Shown here: in pieces, positions 1-11,100 of the stretch | How the letters are laid out: every line of letters begins with the position of its first letter | Position numbering within the stretch: position 1 is the first letter of the stretch | IMG/VR virus record: IMGVR_UViG_3300044609_000960 | Location: 95,263-159,262 of that record | DNA: 64,000 nt | From: a virus | Direction: 5' to 3' (one strand) | Notes under the pieces: model-generated | Databases searched by the model: none | Seen by the model: only the letters and a program-made list of their open reading frames with translations | What the model was told of the DNA's origin: nothing | Position numbers and translations under genes: made by a program

Positions 1-2
1 CA

Positions 3-203
3 CAGACAAATGGCCGTCAACAGATCGTAGAAAATAGTTTAGGAGTTAGATTAAAAGGAAATAGAAACTGGAGAATTCTACTAGGATTTACCTATCAATC
101 CCCAGATACATCGCCTACAGTAACAGGGACTACATATTCCAATCCAACAACCCGTGAGGCATCTCTGGCCGAATTAGGTTACACCCTAGCCGATCTCGCC
201 TGA
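3..203 (+). CDS. 3' end of a gene truncated by the window edge (likely virion structural protein)
   Basis: Frame 3 open from window start to TGA at 201-203 (QTNGRQQ...LGYTLADLA); followed by promoter motif and next gene. Confidence 0.6.
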   Translation, partial: QTNGRQQIVENSLGVRLKGNRNWRILLGFTYQSPDTSPTVTGTTYSNPTTREASLAELGYTLADLA

Positions 204-232
204 TTAAAGTTATTTAGAAATATAAGTATACC

Positions 233-1996
233 ATGGCCGGACTTTATAGTAAGAAAAATCTTGGTGAGGTACAATTAAACCTCAAGGACGCTTTACAAAA
301 ACTTTACGCTCCAGGTATCCAAGAGGATATTAGATTATTTGCATTTTCTAATTCGCTATATTCTGAAATCCGGTCTGGTATTACAAAGATAGATGCGAGC
401 ACTGGGGAAGAAATTGACGTACCTAATGAGATCTTTGGTCTAATCAACGAACCATTTACAGATGATAATGGTAATGTTATTAATAGAACAAAGTTTATCA
501 CAAACAGACTAACTTTCTCTAGTAATAACAGAGTATTTTTTGAAACTATTTCCAATGCAGGATTCACTTTTGATAGAAGAACCTCTTTTACCGAAGGTGC
601 TCCTATAATAGTATCAAGAAATGGTTCGATTGTAAACTTAGAAGTTATTGGATCTGGATCGCAATATGAGGTTATCTCATCTGCTGGACAAATAGTACCA
701 GGTCCTGTAACTATTCAGGTTAATGTACGTGGTAAAGAATCCGGTGCAGAAAACGCAGTTGTTGAAGTAACTATTGATGCTAATGGATCTATTTCTAAAA
801 CCTCACCACCATCTGTTATTTCTGGTGGCTCTGGTTATTTTGAAGAGGAGGACCTTGAGTTAATAACTCAATGTAGAACTAATAGATTCGGTCAAGAAGA
901 AACCCCTAGTTTACATAAATGTAAAAACTATCCGACTTCTGGTAATAGATTATTCCATAGACAATTTAAATATACCGTACCTTCAGCTGGTCAACAAATT
1001 GATTATAGCACCTCCTCGTTAGGATATCTTGCTACATTACGTCAAACAAAATACTTCTATCTTACAAAAGATGCCAGTGAAGAGGGATTTTTCCTATTCG
1101 ACGAAAGATCTTTGAAATGGGTTTATCTTGGTGATTTTTATGATCAGCAATACGCTATAGAATTAAGGACATCCCCTCTTCTTACTATGAGGAGATATGA
1201 TACTATTTCTTCATTAAATTTACTAAATTTAGATTCTTTAGACTCTAGTTCATTCTTCTTCTCCTATAGAGAAGGGTTTGGTGTAGCTGATAATTTAGGA
1301 TCTCAGATTAGGGCCTCTTCCCAAAACGTAGAAAGTATTAGAGACTCATTTAAGTATCTTTTACAAAATAACAAACGGCAACGACTAGTAACAGACGAAA
1401 AAAATACCCTAGGAACTCAATTTAATATCTTCGAAGGTAAAAACTTTGATAGCACTTTTAGGATGATTATGCGTGATCCTGATGGTGTAGTGGATAGGAG
1501 CGACGTAGAGTTTTTTGAATTAAATTCTCTCGAAGGTCCAGATGAGGTGGAGTTAACTGCAGGGGGTGTTACATATCATATCCCTGGACTTTATCTTAAT
1601 GTGGGTGGAGTGTATAAAAGAGCTTTTAGTACAGATGATAAACCTTTCTTAAGCTCTAGAGGAAAAGTATATATCAGTCCTTTGATTGATAAAATCAATG
1701 GGTCTACTAATTACGCGACTGGAAGTTTTGTACCTAGAAATCCATCTGGTGATAATAAGTACTCTATTTCTACTGCCTATTTACGCTCTGGTGGAGAGGT
1801 GCTTGTTGGATTTGATACAACTATAGGAACATTGGTGCAAAACTTATCCTCCTCAAATAAAAATGGAGGATTTGTGTTCCATAGAGCTTTATCCACACCC
1901 ACAATTAATTCTGGTAGTGGGATACAGGGATGGCCATTATTTGACTATGAAAACCAAGGAGTAATATACTCCCCGGTTATTTTAGGCTATACCTGA
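233..1996 (+). CDS. Putative virion structural (tail/baseplate-associated) protein
   Basis: 587 aa, S/T/G/N-rich, GSGSQY and GGSGY turns typical of cyanophage tail proteins; preceded by GATTAAAG motif. Confidence 0.55.
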   Translation: MAGLYSKKNLGEVQLNLKDALQKLYAPGIQEDIRLFAFSNSLYSEIRSGITKIDASTGEEIDVPNEIFGLINEPFTDDNGNVINRTKFITNRLTFSSNNRVFFETISNAGFTFDRRTSFTEGAPIIVSRNGSIVNLEVIGSGSQYEVISSAGQIVPGPVTIQVNVRGKESGAENAVVEVTIDANGSISKTSPPSVISGGSGYFEEEDLELITQCRTNRFGQEETPSLHKCKNYPTSGNRLFHRQFKYTVPSAGQQIDYSTSSLGYLATLRQTKYFYLTKDASEEGFFLFDERSLKWVYLGDFYDQQYAIELRTSPLLTMRRYDTISSLNLLNLDSLDSSSFFFSYREGFGVADNLGSQIRASSQNVESIRDSFKYLLQNNKRQRLVTDEKNTLGTQFNIFEGKNFDSTFRMIMRDPDGVVDRSDVEFFELNSLEGPDEVELTAGGVTYHIPGLYLNVGGVYKRAFSTDDKPFLSSRGKVYISPLIDKINGSTNYATGSFVPRNPSGDNKYSISTAYLRSGGEVLVGFDTTIGTLVQNLSSSNKNGGFVFHRALSTPTINSGSGIQGWPLFDYENQGVIYSPVILGYT

Positions 1997-4900
1997 TAGT
2001 AGAGGAGAGGCAGAGTTGAGAGGATTCTGCCTTGCGTTAACGAATAAATAATAAGTATCCTTTACCTTTTCTTGATTACCAATATGGACATATACATCCT
2101 CATCAAATGAGGTTCCATCTTGTTTGAAGATAGGAAGTTCAACTTTAATTCTATGGGTGTAGTCAGACTCCGCTAGAGTTTTAGATGAAACAGTGATAAT
2201 ACCTGTTGGATTATCTGTTATGGAATAAGAAAATTCGATCTTTTCTGAAACATTGAGTCTTTTACCACCGAGATCGGACAGAGTATGATCTCCCCAGAAA
2301 ACATCGTAATTACCAACCGGCGTTGATGCGTTGTATAAAGTCGAGTCACTTACTGCTATATCTTGTAATAGTACATCAGATATCACATAAGGAGGATAGC
2401 AGATTCCATTGGTATAGTTTGTAGGTTGGTCGTATCCAAAAGGAGTGACTCTTTCCGCAGGGACTTTAGGAATCTCACTCTGAGAAGATACAAAGTTGCC
2501 GGATTGGTATGTTACCTTTAATGTATCAGAGAAACTAATCGACTCTCCAGTATCTACTTTGGCGAATTGGAATGCTATATCTGCCTCTAAAAAGAACTTA
2601 ACAAACTTTGTGTCTAATGAAGTCCGTGCTGGTTCAAATGGTGTTCCAAAAGCTAATAACCAAATCTCATTAGTTCCTAGCACCCCATCATCAGCCAAGA
2701 ATGTTTCTGTTGATGTGTTGTATTTAACTCTTTCTACGCTTAGAACTAAAGGAGCAACAAATCCTTGGACATTTGTAGTGAATGCCAAATCATCCGCATT
2801 AGCAATTGCATTGACAATAATAGGTTTATTCCAGTCGCTCTCACTTGCAAAGGCAGGTAACCCGTATGTAGTTGGGTTATCTGAAACAGTGACTATTGTC
2901 AAATCCGCGTGAAGATAAAAACGTGGGGACCCCTGCGTTCCTTTCCAATACATCCTTGCAATACGCTCTGTTACATTCCCAGCAGCAATTGTCTGATGAT
3001 TTGGACTACCACCAAGATCATTTGCTCCAAGAGCATCAACAGAATTAAACAGGGCATTATTAACCGGAATACCAGTAAATTTAACTATGCCTCCCTCACC
3101 TAACAAATTAGGCATTAGTCTCATGCCTATATAGTTCGACGATGAGGCACTGGTGGGATATTTTGCCTCACCTAAGATAAGGTTTGGTCTGGAGGTATAT
3201 GTTGCAGGATTTAGACCATTTCCGTAGAGTCCTATTCCATCAGCATTAGATTTAAGAACGCTCTTAAAGCTATTATTAACAAATCCATCGATAGGATCAT
3301 TAGTCTTAGAGATAGGTTGATCATAGAGATATCTATTTCCTTCACTAACCTTCCACCATTGCGGGCGTGCATCAAACTCGTATTTATAGATACTCGGTTC
3401 GAAATTTATATTAATGAGATCGTCATAGCCATTATAATCATCCTTAGGAGATACAATGGTAGAGCTCCAAAGAGTATATCGTGAGTAATTATCTCTGTTG
3501 GGAACTATTTGAAGTACGTAGTTACCTGGTCCATTTACTGGAGCCAAGGGATTACCACTTCCGTCAATAAGATAGATTACATTGGATACTAGACTTAGCC
3601 TAACATCTTGAGGAGTATTTAAAGGGACTGTAATTGTAACTGTTTCTTGTATAGGATTACCATTATTATCCTCTCCAATAACCCTTGTAATTTGCTGATC
3701 AAATGCAACTAACTGATATCTGACTGAAGAAGTGCTATCTAAAAGAATAGCCTCTATGTCAATAGTTGCTTCTGAGTCTGGAGTAACAATAGTATTAGGA
3801 GATACTTCTGAGATTGTAACATCAAGTTCTCCAGAGTAGAATTTATCAGTGATATTAGGAGTTGTTTCTGATACCCCATACTTAATGAAAATATTAGGTT
3901 CTGTAGGAACTTCTAATTCACTATCAGCTTTATCTGCCCCGCCATTCCACATTCTAATGGAGATGGGAACGTATCTATACCCTGTTGAACCAGATGTATT
4001 TGTTTGATATATAAATCTACTTGGAAGATTATCCAAGTTAAAACTCACACCTGAGATATATCTATCTCCCTCTTGAATGAATTTTGCGTTCTTATTTTCA
4101 TCGGAAGAGTTAAATACTTCAGTCCATACTGGTACTGAATTTGTGCCTCCATTAATAATATCGATTTTTAAAGAAGTATTTGTTTCAACTTCAAAAATAT
4201 ATTTCTTATCTACGCTATCATTATCAAGACGTAAAAATCCGTCCCATCTAACTCCCCAGTTATCTTGATTATCTCTTAGCACTCTTGGAGGTCTTGAGAA
4301 CCTCATGTTAGAGTCTTTGACTATGTTATTTCCGTCATATACGTATCTATCGACAACTGGTATCCGAGTTTCTATATAGGATCCTGAGTTAAAATATTCC
4401 TTTTCAGAATAAAGTTTAAAACCACCCTGCCTAAATTCTAATAAAGATAGAGATGTTACTGGGTTTATGTCATCCGCGCTATAAGAAACATTATTTCCAG
4501 AATCGTTAGGAGACTCTAGGAACCAAAGTGGTGGGTTTAGGACAGAATATGCTCTTGAGAAAGTATATACAGTATTAACAAATTGAGAACCAATAATTGC
4601 TTTAAGTTCTTTTAATTTATTAAGAGAATTTTCGTCATTAGCTAAATATGCTCTAGTATATACAACCTCACTATTTACAATACTCGATCCAGTTACCTCA
4701 CTCTTGATTGTTATATCTGTGCCAACTAAAGAGATTTCTCGCCCTGTTGACGGATTTACGTAAGATTTTAATGTCCATACAAGAGTATTAGGAGTATTAA
4801 TTTGCTCATCAAAAGAATCTTGTTGTTGAGGTAAGATACTAAGTTGATTTAAAGTAACAACCCCGGTATTCTCATTAAAAGAAGTGAACTTAAAAGTACC

Positions 4901-5392
4901 AAATTCTTGATCAGTGCCTGGTGTTGCACGATAGAATAGCGCGGTAGGTCCTGCATGAAGTCCATCTAAGGTCCCTTTGCCAGTAAAGGAATTAATTTGA
5001 TCTATTCTATCCTCTACCCTAATTCTAGGATTAGTTGATACAGTAGCACCTGCAATTCCACCGGCGATACTAATCCCAGAGAGGGGTGTTAGGAAGGAGG
5101 ATGTAATTTCATTGCTTACAAAGTCTCTAGTTATTTCAAAATCTTCTGGCTTATATGTGCCATAAATAGAGATCTCATTCGCATCATCGACTCTTGTAAC
5201 ATACTCTAAGACATTTGTAAGGGCCTCACCAGGATCATCCAGGTCTCCTAAGGCATTATTCCTCAGAAGACCCACATAATTAATATCATTAAGTTTCCTA
5301 CCGGCCCTACGAAGTAGGAAAGATTGTAGAGCCGAGTAGTTATTAGCAATATCTAAATTCTGGGAGACCTTTTTGTCTATTCTGGTTGCCAT
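1982..5392 (-). CDS. Large virion structural protein with PA14-like domain
   Basis: 1136 aa, beta-rich; DNWGVRWDGFL...YIFEVET resembles PA14; N-terminal NNALGDL as in tail proteins. Confidence 0.55.
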   Translation of the reverse strand: MATRIDKKVSQNLDIANNYSALQSFLLRRAGRKLNDINYVGLLRNNALGDLDDPGEALTNVLEYVTRVDDANEISIYGTYKPEDFEITRDFVSNEITSSFLTPLSGISIAGGIAGATVSTNPRIRVEDRIDQINSFTGKGTLDGLHAGPTALFYRATPGTDQEFGTFKFTSFNENTGVVTLNQLSILPQQQDSFDEQINTPNTLVWTLKSYVNPSTGREISLVGTDITIKSEVTGSSIVNSEVVYTRAYLANDENSLNKLKELKAIIGSQFVNTVYTFSRAYSVLNPPLWFLESPNDSGNNVSYSADDINPVTSLSLLEFRQGGFKLYSEKEYFNSGSYIETRIPVVDRYVYDGNNIVKDSNMRFSRPPRVLRDNQDNWGVRWDGFLRLDNDSVDKKYIFEVETNTSLKIDIINGGTNSVPVWTEVFNSSDENKNAKFIQEGDRYISGVSFNLDNLPSRFIYQTNTSGSTGYRYVPISIRMWNGGADKADSELEVPTEPNIFIKYGVSETTPNITDKFYSGELDVTISEVSPNTIVTPDSEATIDIEAILLDSTSSVRYQLVAFDQQITRVIGEDNNGNPIQETVTITVPLNTPQDVRLSLVSNVIYLIDGSGNPLAPVNGPGNYVLQIVPNRDNYSRYTLWSSTIVSPKDDYNGYDDLININFEPSIYKYEFDARPQWWKVSEGNRYLYDQPISKTNDPIDGFVNNSFKSVLKSNADGIGLYGNGLNPATYTSRPNLILGEAKYPTSASSSNYIGMRLMPNLLGEGGIVKFTGIPVNNALFNSVDALGANDLGGSPNHQTIAAGNVTERIARMYWKGTQGSPRFYLHADLTIVTVSDNPTTYGLPAFASESDWNKPIIVNAIANADDLAFTTNVQGFVAPLVLSVERVKYNTSTETFLADDGVLGTNEIWLLAFGTPFEPARTSLDTKFVKFFLEADIAFQFAKVDTGESISFSDTLKVTYQSGNFVSSQSEIPKVPAERVTPFGYDQPTNYTNGICYPPYVISDVLLQDIAVSDSTLYNASTPVGNYDVFWGDHTLSDLGGKRLNVSEKIEFSYSITDNPTGIITVSSKTLAESDYTHRIKVELPIFKQDGTSFDEDVYVHIGNQEKVKDTYYLFVNARQNPLNSASPLLSGIA

Positions 5393-5434
5393 AATGGGGC
5401 ACTATGCAGTATCTATAAAGATACTTTAAACCCC

Positions 5435-6163
5435 TCAAGTCGGGGAATATAGATCAGAGTACGCGCGGATGACAGACTTGACGAAGTCAGAACGAACAAT
5501 CTCATTATAGCCAAAGTTAACATGGCCAACAGATTGATTAGAACCAAGTCTGCGGAGGGCGTCTGAAAGTCCATCATGGCCGTAGCGGTTAGCAAGGTCA
5601 CGTTGAACTACGTCACCAAGCAAAGCGATAGACGAATTATCACCAAGTCGGGTAAGGATTGTCATTACGGAATGGGTAGTGGCATTTTGCATCTCGTCCG
5701 CAATGATCATGCAACGATGTAGAGACCGTCCACGAAGGTGCTCAATAGGTAAAAACTCAATAATCTTTTTCTCAATAAGATAGTCGGCTTTACCTTTTTG
5801 CATAAATACCGCCAAGGAGTCGCGAATCGGCATGATATGAGGCGCGATCTTCTCTTCAAGATTACCTGGAAGGAAGCCGAGACCTTGCTCACCTGGAGTG
5901 GATACAATGGGTTTTACGTAATAAATCTTCTCGATCTCACGTTTTTGAAGTTTTTCGCATGCAGCATGGATTGAAAGTAGTGTCTTTGCTGTGCCTGGTG
6001 GTCCGGTGAGGATGGTGAGAGTTTTTGTCTTAAGGTATCTCATTGCATCAACCTGCGAAGGATTCATAGGCAATAAAGGCTTATGATCTTCAAATTTAGG
6101 ATTAGAGGCCTGGATCATTTCACCTTCGGTGATTCTTTGACGTCGAGAGGATTTTCTTGCCAT
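5435..6163 (-). CDS. phoH: PhoH-family ATPase
   Basis: GPPGTAKT Walker A, LGFLPG, LRGRS, DEMQN, LTRLG, GDVVQRD, VRS motifs; start chosen at MARKSS (track start 6220). Confidence 0.95.
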   Translation of the reverse strand: MARKSSRRQRITEGEMIQASNPKFEDHKPLLPMNPSQVDAMRYLKTKTLTILTGPPGTAKTLLSIHAACEKLQKREIEKIYYVKPIVSTPGEQGLGFLPGNLEEKIAPHIMPIRDSLAVFMQKGKADYLIEKKIIEFLPIEHLRGRSLHRCMIIADEMQNATTHSVMTILTRLGDNSSIALLGDVVQRDLANRYGHDGLSDALRRLGSNQSVGHVNFGYNEIVRSDFVKSVIRAYSDLYSPT

Positions 6164-6288
6164 GAGGAGATTGTAAATCTTCTGATACGAAAAAAGACCC
6201 AAGGAGATAAATATCTCCATTGAGTCTCATGATCTGTATGTCTTAGGGGACATAGAATGTCTTCGTATCCTGACAATCTTTAAACTTA

Positions 6289-6636
6289 TCAGACAACTCT
6301 TACTTTAAGAACGCTACCAGTTCTATAAAGTCCGCCAATAGGAACCGGTATAGTTGCTGCTGCGGCCGCTGTGTCATCTGCAAATTCTCTTAGACCTGTA
6401 AAATTAATACGGTTAAAGGCGACAGGAATGGTTGATCTATCACCGAATCTTCTTACTACCCCCGTGCTATCTGCATAATAAACTTCATCAAGTACCTCGT
6501 TGAGGAACAACTCTCCTCTGTAGAGGCTTGAGGAGTCATTGTCATGTTCATCTTGAAGATACGCCTCATCATGAGTAGCATCTGAAGTAAATCTAACTCC
6601 CCAACGATGATAAGGAGGTTGTGGCGTTGCAGGCAT
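6289..6636 (-). CDS. Small hypothetical virion protein
   Basis: 115 aa; LYRGELFLN and C-terminal VPIGGLYRTGSVLKVR seen in small tail-associated proteins; GTTTAAAG motif upstream. Confidence 0.5.
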   Translation of the reverse strand: MPATPQPPYHRWGVRFTSDATHDEAYLQDEHDNDSSSLYRGELFLNEVLDEVYYADSTGVVRRFGDRSTIPVAFNRINFTGLREFADDTAAAAATIPVPIGGLYRTGSVLKVRVV

Positions 6637-6747
6637 ATTCCTACTCGGGTTTCTAGTTATATTAACCTTTAAACTCCAGAGTTTTTTGCTCTAGTCAAAA
6701 GTAACAGTAACTTTTTAACTGTTACTGTCAACGCACGTATATTTCTA

Positions 6748-6756
6748 TGATAGAAT
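6748..6756 (+). promoter_or_regulatory. Representative of TGATAGAAT extended -10 element (six exact copies seen)
   Basis: Also at 30632, 32970, 34706, 36668, 40651. Confidence 0.8.
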
Positions 6757-6780
6757 ACTAAGGAATATATCGAGAAACCA

Positions 6781-7350
6781 ATGCCCTCTTATCCTAAAAC
6801 AATCGTGGTCCTTGGAGCAGATCGAGTCGGAAAATCCACTACTGTAGAAAACACATATAAAGATCTTGTAGAAAAGGATATCTGTGTCCGTTCTCTCCAT
6901 TTCTCTGGTCCTCAGCCACACCATCATAGCCCCATTCAACAATACCTTGATCCCTTCCAAGCAGCATTGGAAGAAAAAGCCCAGGTTGTTCTCTGTGATC
7001 GTGGATTTTCCGAAGTTTGTTTTTATGAGAAATTCCGACGTCACATCGATATCTCTGAAGAATGGGCCAATAGCGCAGAATCATTCTTCGCCTCTTATAG
7101 CTCACTGATCAAAGTATTTTTGATTGAAAGGGACTGGGAATGGAGCCTCCCATTGCACATCATCGAGATCAATGAGTTATATCCTGGTTGCTCTGATTAC
7201 TTTATGAATATGCAACTTCAAGCCCGAGAAAAAGAGCATGAGGAATACTATGAATATATGAAAGACTATCTCACATACCGTTCTCTTCTTTCTGACATCA
7301 CTATTCTCTCCCCGCCTGACAAGTCTTTCTCTTTGGCCGACGTAGTTTAA
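6781..7350 (+). CDS. Deoxynucleoside monophosphate kinase (thymidylate-kinase-like)
   Basis: N-terminal P-loop GADRVGKST and hhhDR motif (VLCDR). Confidence 0.75.
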   Translation: MPSYPKTIVVLGADRVGKSTTVENTYKDLVEKDICVRSLHFSGPQPHHHSPIQQYLDPFQAALEEKAQVVLCDRGFSEVCFYEKFRRHIDISEEWANSAESFFASYSSLIKVFLIERDWEWSLPLHIIEINELYPGCSDYFMNMQLQAREKEHEEYYEYMKDYLTYRSLLSDITILSPPDKSFSLADVV

Positions 7351-7352
7351 AG
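7345..7352 (+). promoter_or_regulatory. Representative of recurrent G(T/A)TTAA(A/G)(G) putative late promoter motif (about 21 copies)
   Basis: Usually 21-33 nt upstream of start codons on both strands; list in findings. Confidence 0.75.
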
Positions 7353-7384
7353 ATTATTGAATAGATATAGGAACTATTACCCCT

Positions 7385-8107
7385 ATGGCAACCGTATTTA
7401 ACACCGGTCTTCACCGTAAGATCGGCATGGAGTTTGAATATAAAATCTCCTTTCAAGAGTTTCTAACCGAAGCTATCGGTTCGAGTCTCGTATCTTCGTA
7501 TAGCGCAGGATCAAATACTCCTACTGCTCGTACTACTGCTAAAAATGCCTTCGTGGCTTGTGGCCCTAGCATGGGTTTTGAGGCCAAGAAGTTTGCCTAT
7601 GCGACCCTAGAACTTGTTGTAGGCGCTCTTGCAGCCAATGCAAACGTCCCTGCTGCTGATAAAACTGCACTCAACGACCAATTAGTTAACATCACTCGTT
7701 ATGTTGGTATTACAGGCGATGGTGATTTCCATTTCATGGTAGCCACCTTCAACCTCGCTGAGACCATCTCTTCGATCATTGCTGAAGTAGTCCCTGCTCC
7801 TCAGGCCCCTGTGGGAACAATTGTGACTCTTGAGCTTCTTGATGGAGGAAGTGGATACACTGATACTCTGGACGGAACGGCAGATGGCGAGATTACCGTA
7901 GCATTCAATTCTACTGAATCCACCAACCCCGCTGGTTATACTGCCGGTGCGGGAACAGTGTCTATTGCTACTGGTGAAGTAATCACAATCGATGCTATTA
8001 CTAATGGCGGAGCCGGATTCAAAGTTGATCAGATTGTTTCAATCACATCTGCCGGAGCGGATAATGGCGATACGCTTGCAATGGCTATTGTAACCTCTGT
8101 ATCTTGA
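7385..8107 (+). CDS. Putative virion structural protein
   Basis: 240 aa, A/T/G-rich, DGGSGY and NGGAGF motifs; GTTTAAAG motif upstream. Confidence 0.55.
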   Translation: MATVFNTGLHRKIGMEFEYKISFQEFLTEAIGSSLVSSYSAGSNTPTARTTAKNAFVACGPSMGFEAKKFAYATLELVVGALAANANVPAADKTALNDQLVNITRYVGITGDGDFHFMVATFNLAETISSIIAEVVPAPQAPVGTIVTLELLDGGSGYTDTLDGTADGEITVAFNSTESTNPAGYTAGAGTVSIATGEVITIDAITNGGAGFKVDQIVSITSAGADNGDTLAMAIVTSVS

Positions 8108-8120
8108 TCCCAGGTAAGAT

Positions 8121-11100
8121 GTGTCTAGTCTCTATCGTTGCCGAACTAGAGTAGCATATAAGCCTTTCAAATCAGAGAGGCTTATTGTCTTTGAGGAAAG
8201 ACAAATTCAAGATCTAAGTGTTAAACTTAAATGGAATAACACATTTTCCTCAATGAACTCCCAAGGTGGTGAGTCGGCTAGCGCATATACCTCTGGAATT
8301 AGTCAGTCAACTTGCCAGGTCACCCTTTCAGATCCTTATCTGACCGGGGCGGCTTGGCCTGCGTTATTTGATGCAGCATCGATGTACTCGGCATCAAATA
8401 CCGCTCAAACAAACAATATTTTGCTTCGTCCCTGTGAAGAAGGCCAAGATCCAATAAGAGACAAGTGCTTTCCTTACGCGTCCATCGATGACAGAGAACT
8501 AATTAACTCCGATGGGACATCAAGGCCATTGACGGACACTCTGGCCCATCTTGTCATATCTTTCTGGTATGAGGTGGGAGGAACGTCTTTTGGTACAGAT
8601 TATTACTTCAGAGTGAATAGGATATCAGTGTCTCATGGCGCAAATTTTCCCTCGGTTACTCTTGCGGGTGTAGAACCAAAAGCTCTAGTCTTCAACCAAA
8701 ATCTTATCAATGTTAAGTTTGATGAGGGGATGACAGTTGAAGAGGCGTTAAAAAAGATCGCCGAAGAGAGCGGATATAAAGCAAGTTTCTGTGTCCCTCC
8801 TACCGAATCCCAATCTAAGCCATACATCCTCCCACGCTCAATTATATACAAAGGCGTAACTCCAGACGAGGCAATGAAAAAGCTCATTGGAGCTACGGGT
8901 GGATCGATGCTATCTCTCCCTGTCAAGGAATATGGTAATAGGGTGAGCGTTTGCTCTCGTGGTGAAATTACTCAGAGTTGCACGGTATTTTATCTCGGTA
9001 AAGGGCTCTATGAAAGCTATGAGATTAATGGTGAGCCTCCTACCACTTTTGCACAAAGAAATTCACAGACAGGAGCAACAATTAATGAGGCCGATCCATA
9101 TGTCTCTGCAAGTTTCTCCGCTGATAAATACTCCCTCAAAGAGGTCATAAAACAAAAAAGAATCAAGGCCCTCCAGAATGTAAACAAAGTCACCTTCCAA
9201 GGACTTTTCGAACCCTGCGAAAAGAGATGCCAAGGTCCATTATCGACTGGGTACGGATGGAAGGGTGTAGGACCTACAGTAGAAAATAAAAAATATACCC
9301 AAACAAATCTATATGGCATAGCGCCTAGTGGCACGAAGTCAATCTCCTATCTCCCAGGCAAGGTGCAAAGTGCCTCTGGGGATGAGGGGAAGGTTGTCAT
9401 AAAGACAGAGTTCTGGTTACAAATTTGCAAAGAGGATGCCTCGGAAAAATGCTTTGGGCGTTACATCTTCCAAGAATCCACCAATCTTTCTGAGGTAAAG
9501 GTTAAGAATGGCGATGAGGTGAAGGTGTCTCAGCAAATTGGCTCATCTACCTCCGATAAAAAAGAGTTGGTAAGATTTTATATCCTTGGCCATGGGACAG
9601 ATTTTGTAACAATTGACCCACAACTTGTTTGGAATTGGGCTTCTCCGGCAGAGACCGCTGCTGACTTCCAAGATAAAAACGCTCCTTCATCCCCTAATCA
9701 ACAATCTAATCCACCATCGACTGCTAATGGGGATAATTTAATCGGTCGAGTTGGTAGCACTGGTAGATCAACGGGTCCGCACCTCCATGCAGAATGGGAA
9801 GATAAAAGACCCATTACAGCTGCTCAAGTATTTAAATATGTTAGATTCGGCGGAGGCAATCCTCAAGTAAGTTCTACGTATCGTTCTGCAAGTAGACCGA
9901 ACCATAATGGGGTTGATATAGAAGCAGATTTAGGTACTCCGTTATATATCCAAGGAGGCGCGGGTGGTCTTAATAAGCAAGAAGGATATAGTGGTGGATT
10001 TGGAAATAATGTTTTAATTTCTACGCCAGAAGGCAATATGCTTTTAGCCCATTTACAAGATAAAAGTATTCCTTCCAACCTCCCCGGTCTTACAAGTTCC
10101 GACTCTGCCGGTAATGTAAGTCCAACCATCTCCACAGCAGCATCAAATAAAGCCCTCACTGTAGAAACATCATTTAAAGGCGTACCTAGGGCCCTGCGGA
10201 TCACTCCTGGTAGAACCATCTTGTCTTTTATCACAGACTATGATAAATGGGTGGAGAATGGTGGGCCTAGGGGCGAAGACCCTTCAACCGATCCAGGCGT
10301 ATGGTTACCAAGTCGATTTAGGAATTGGTTTGTTAATGAGGTTGAATTTGTCTGGAGACAAGGGGATCTTAGGGTGAATGTTGAGGCATCTAGTCCTTGG
10401 GGTAATAGTATAATTTCCGCACCTACCTTCCCAGAGTATCTCCAAGGGCAGCAAAGCGCAGGAGAATTTGAAATAACCAAAGACTACTATGGATATATCC
10501 GCTCAATAGGGGACTTATGTTTTCCGATTAAGAAATCTGATACCGGAGAATTGACTAACTCATGCAAAGAGTTATGCAAAGAAGCCCAAGAGTTCTATAA
10601 GCAATTTGGTAGTGGTGAAGGAACAACCACTGATCCTGGCTCAGGTGCCGGGGCTGGTTCTCAGACAGGATTCCCTGTGGGTAAATGTCAATATACTGGT
10701 ACTTCTTACGACCAAAGTAAAGTAAATAAGATTATTAACGCAGCATATGCTGGTGGTATTAGGACCAATATTGGTCTTGCTGGAGTGGTTGCAAATGCAA
10801 TCTGGGAATCTCGCCTAGATCCTAAAGCCCGCGGAGATAACGGAGATGCCTGGGGTATTTTCCAATGGAACTCTAGAAGACCTGGGCTTATTGCTTATGC
10901 TAATAGTGTGGGTGGAAGTCCAGATAACTTTGATGTACAAATGGGATATTTTGTAAAAGAACTTAAGGGATCAGAGTCTGCTACAATCCCAGCAGTGAAC
11001 GGAGCCTCTACTCTTGCCGAAGCTACCAGACAATTTGAACGAGTCTTTGAAAGAGCTGGAGTCCCACGTATCGAAGAACGTATTAAAATAGCCGAACAAA

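Noticed and set aside
6240-6290. Pho box upstream of phoH
   Set aside because: Only one CTTTAAAC, explained by the genome-wide motif; no 11-bp-period tandem repeats
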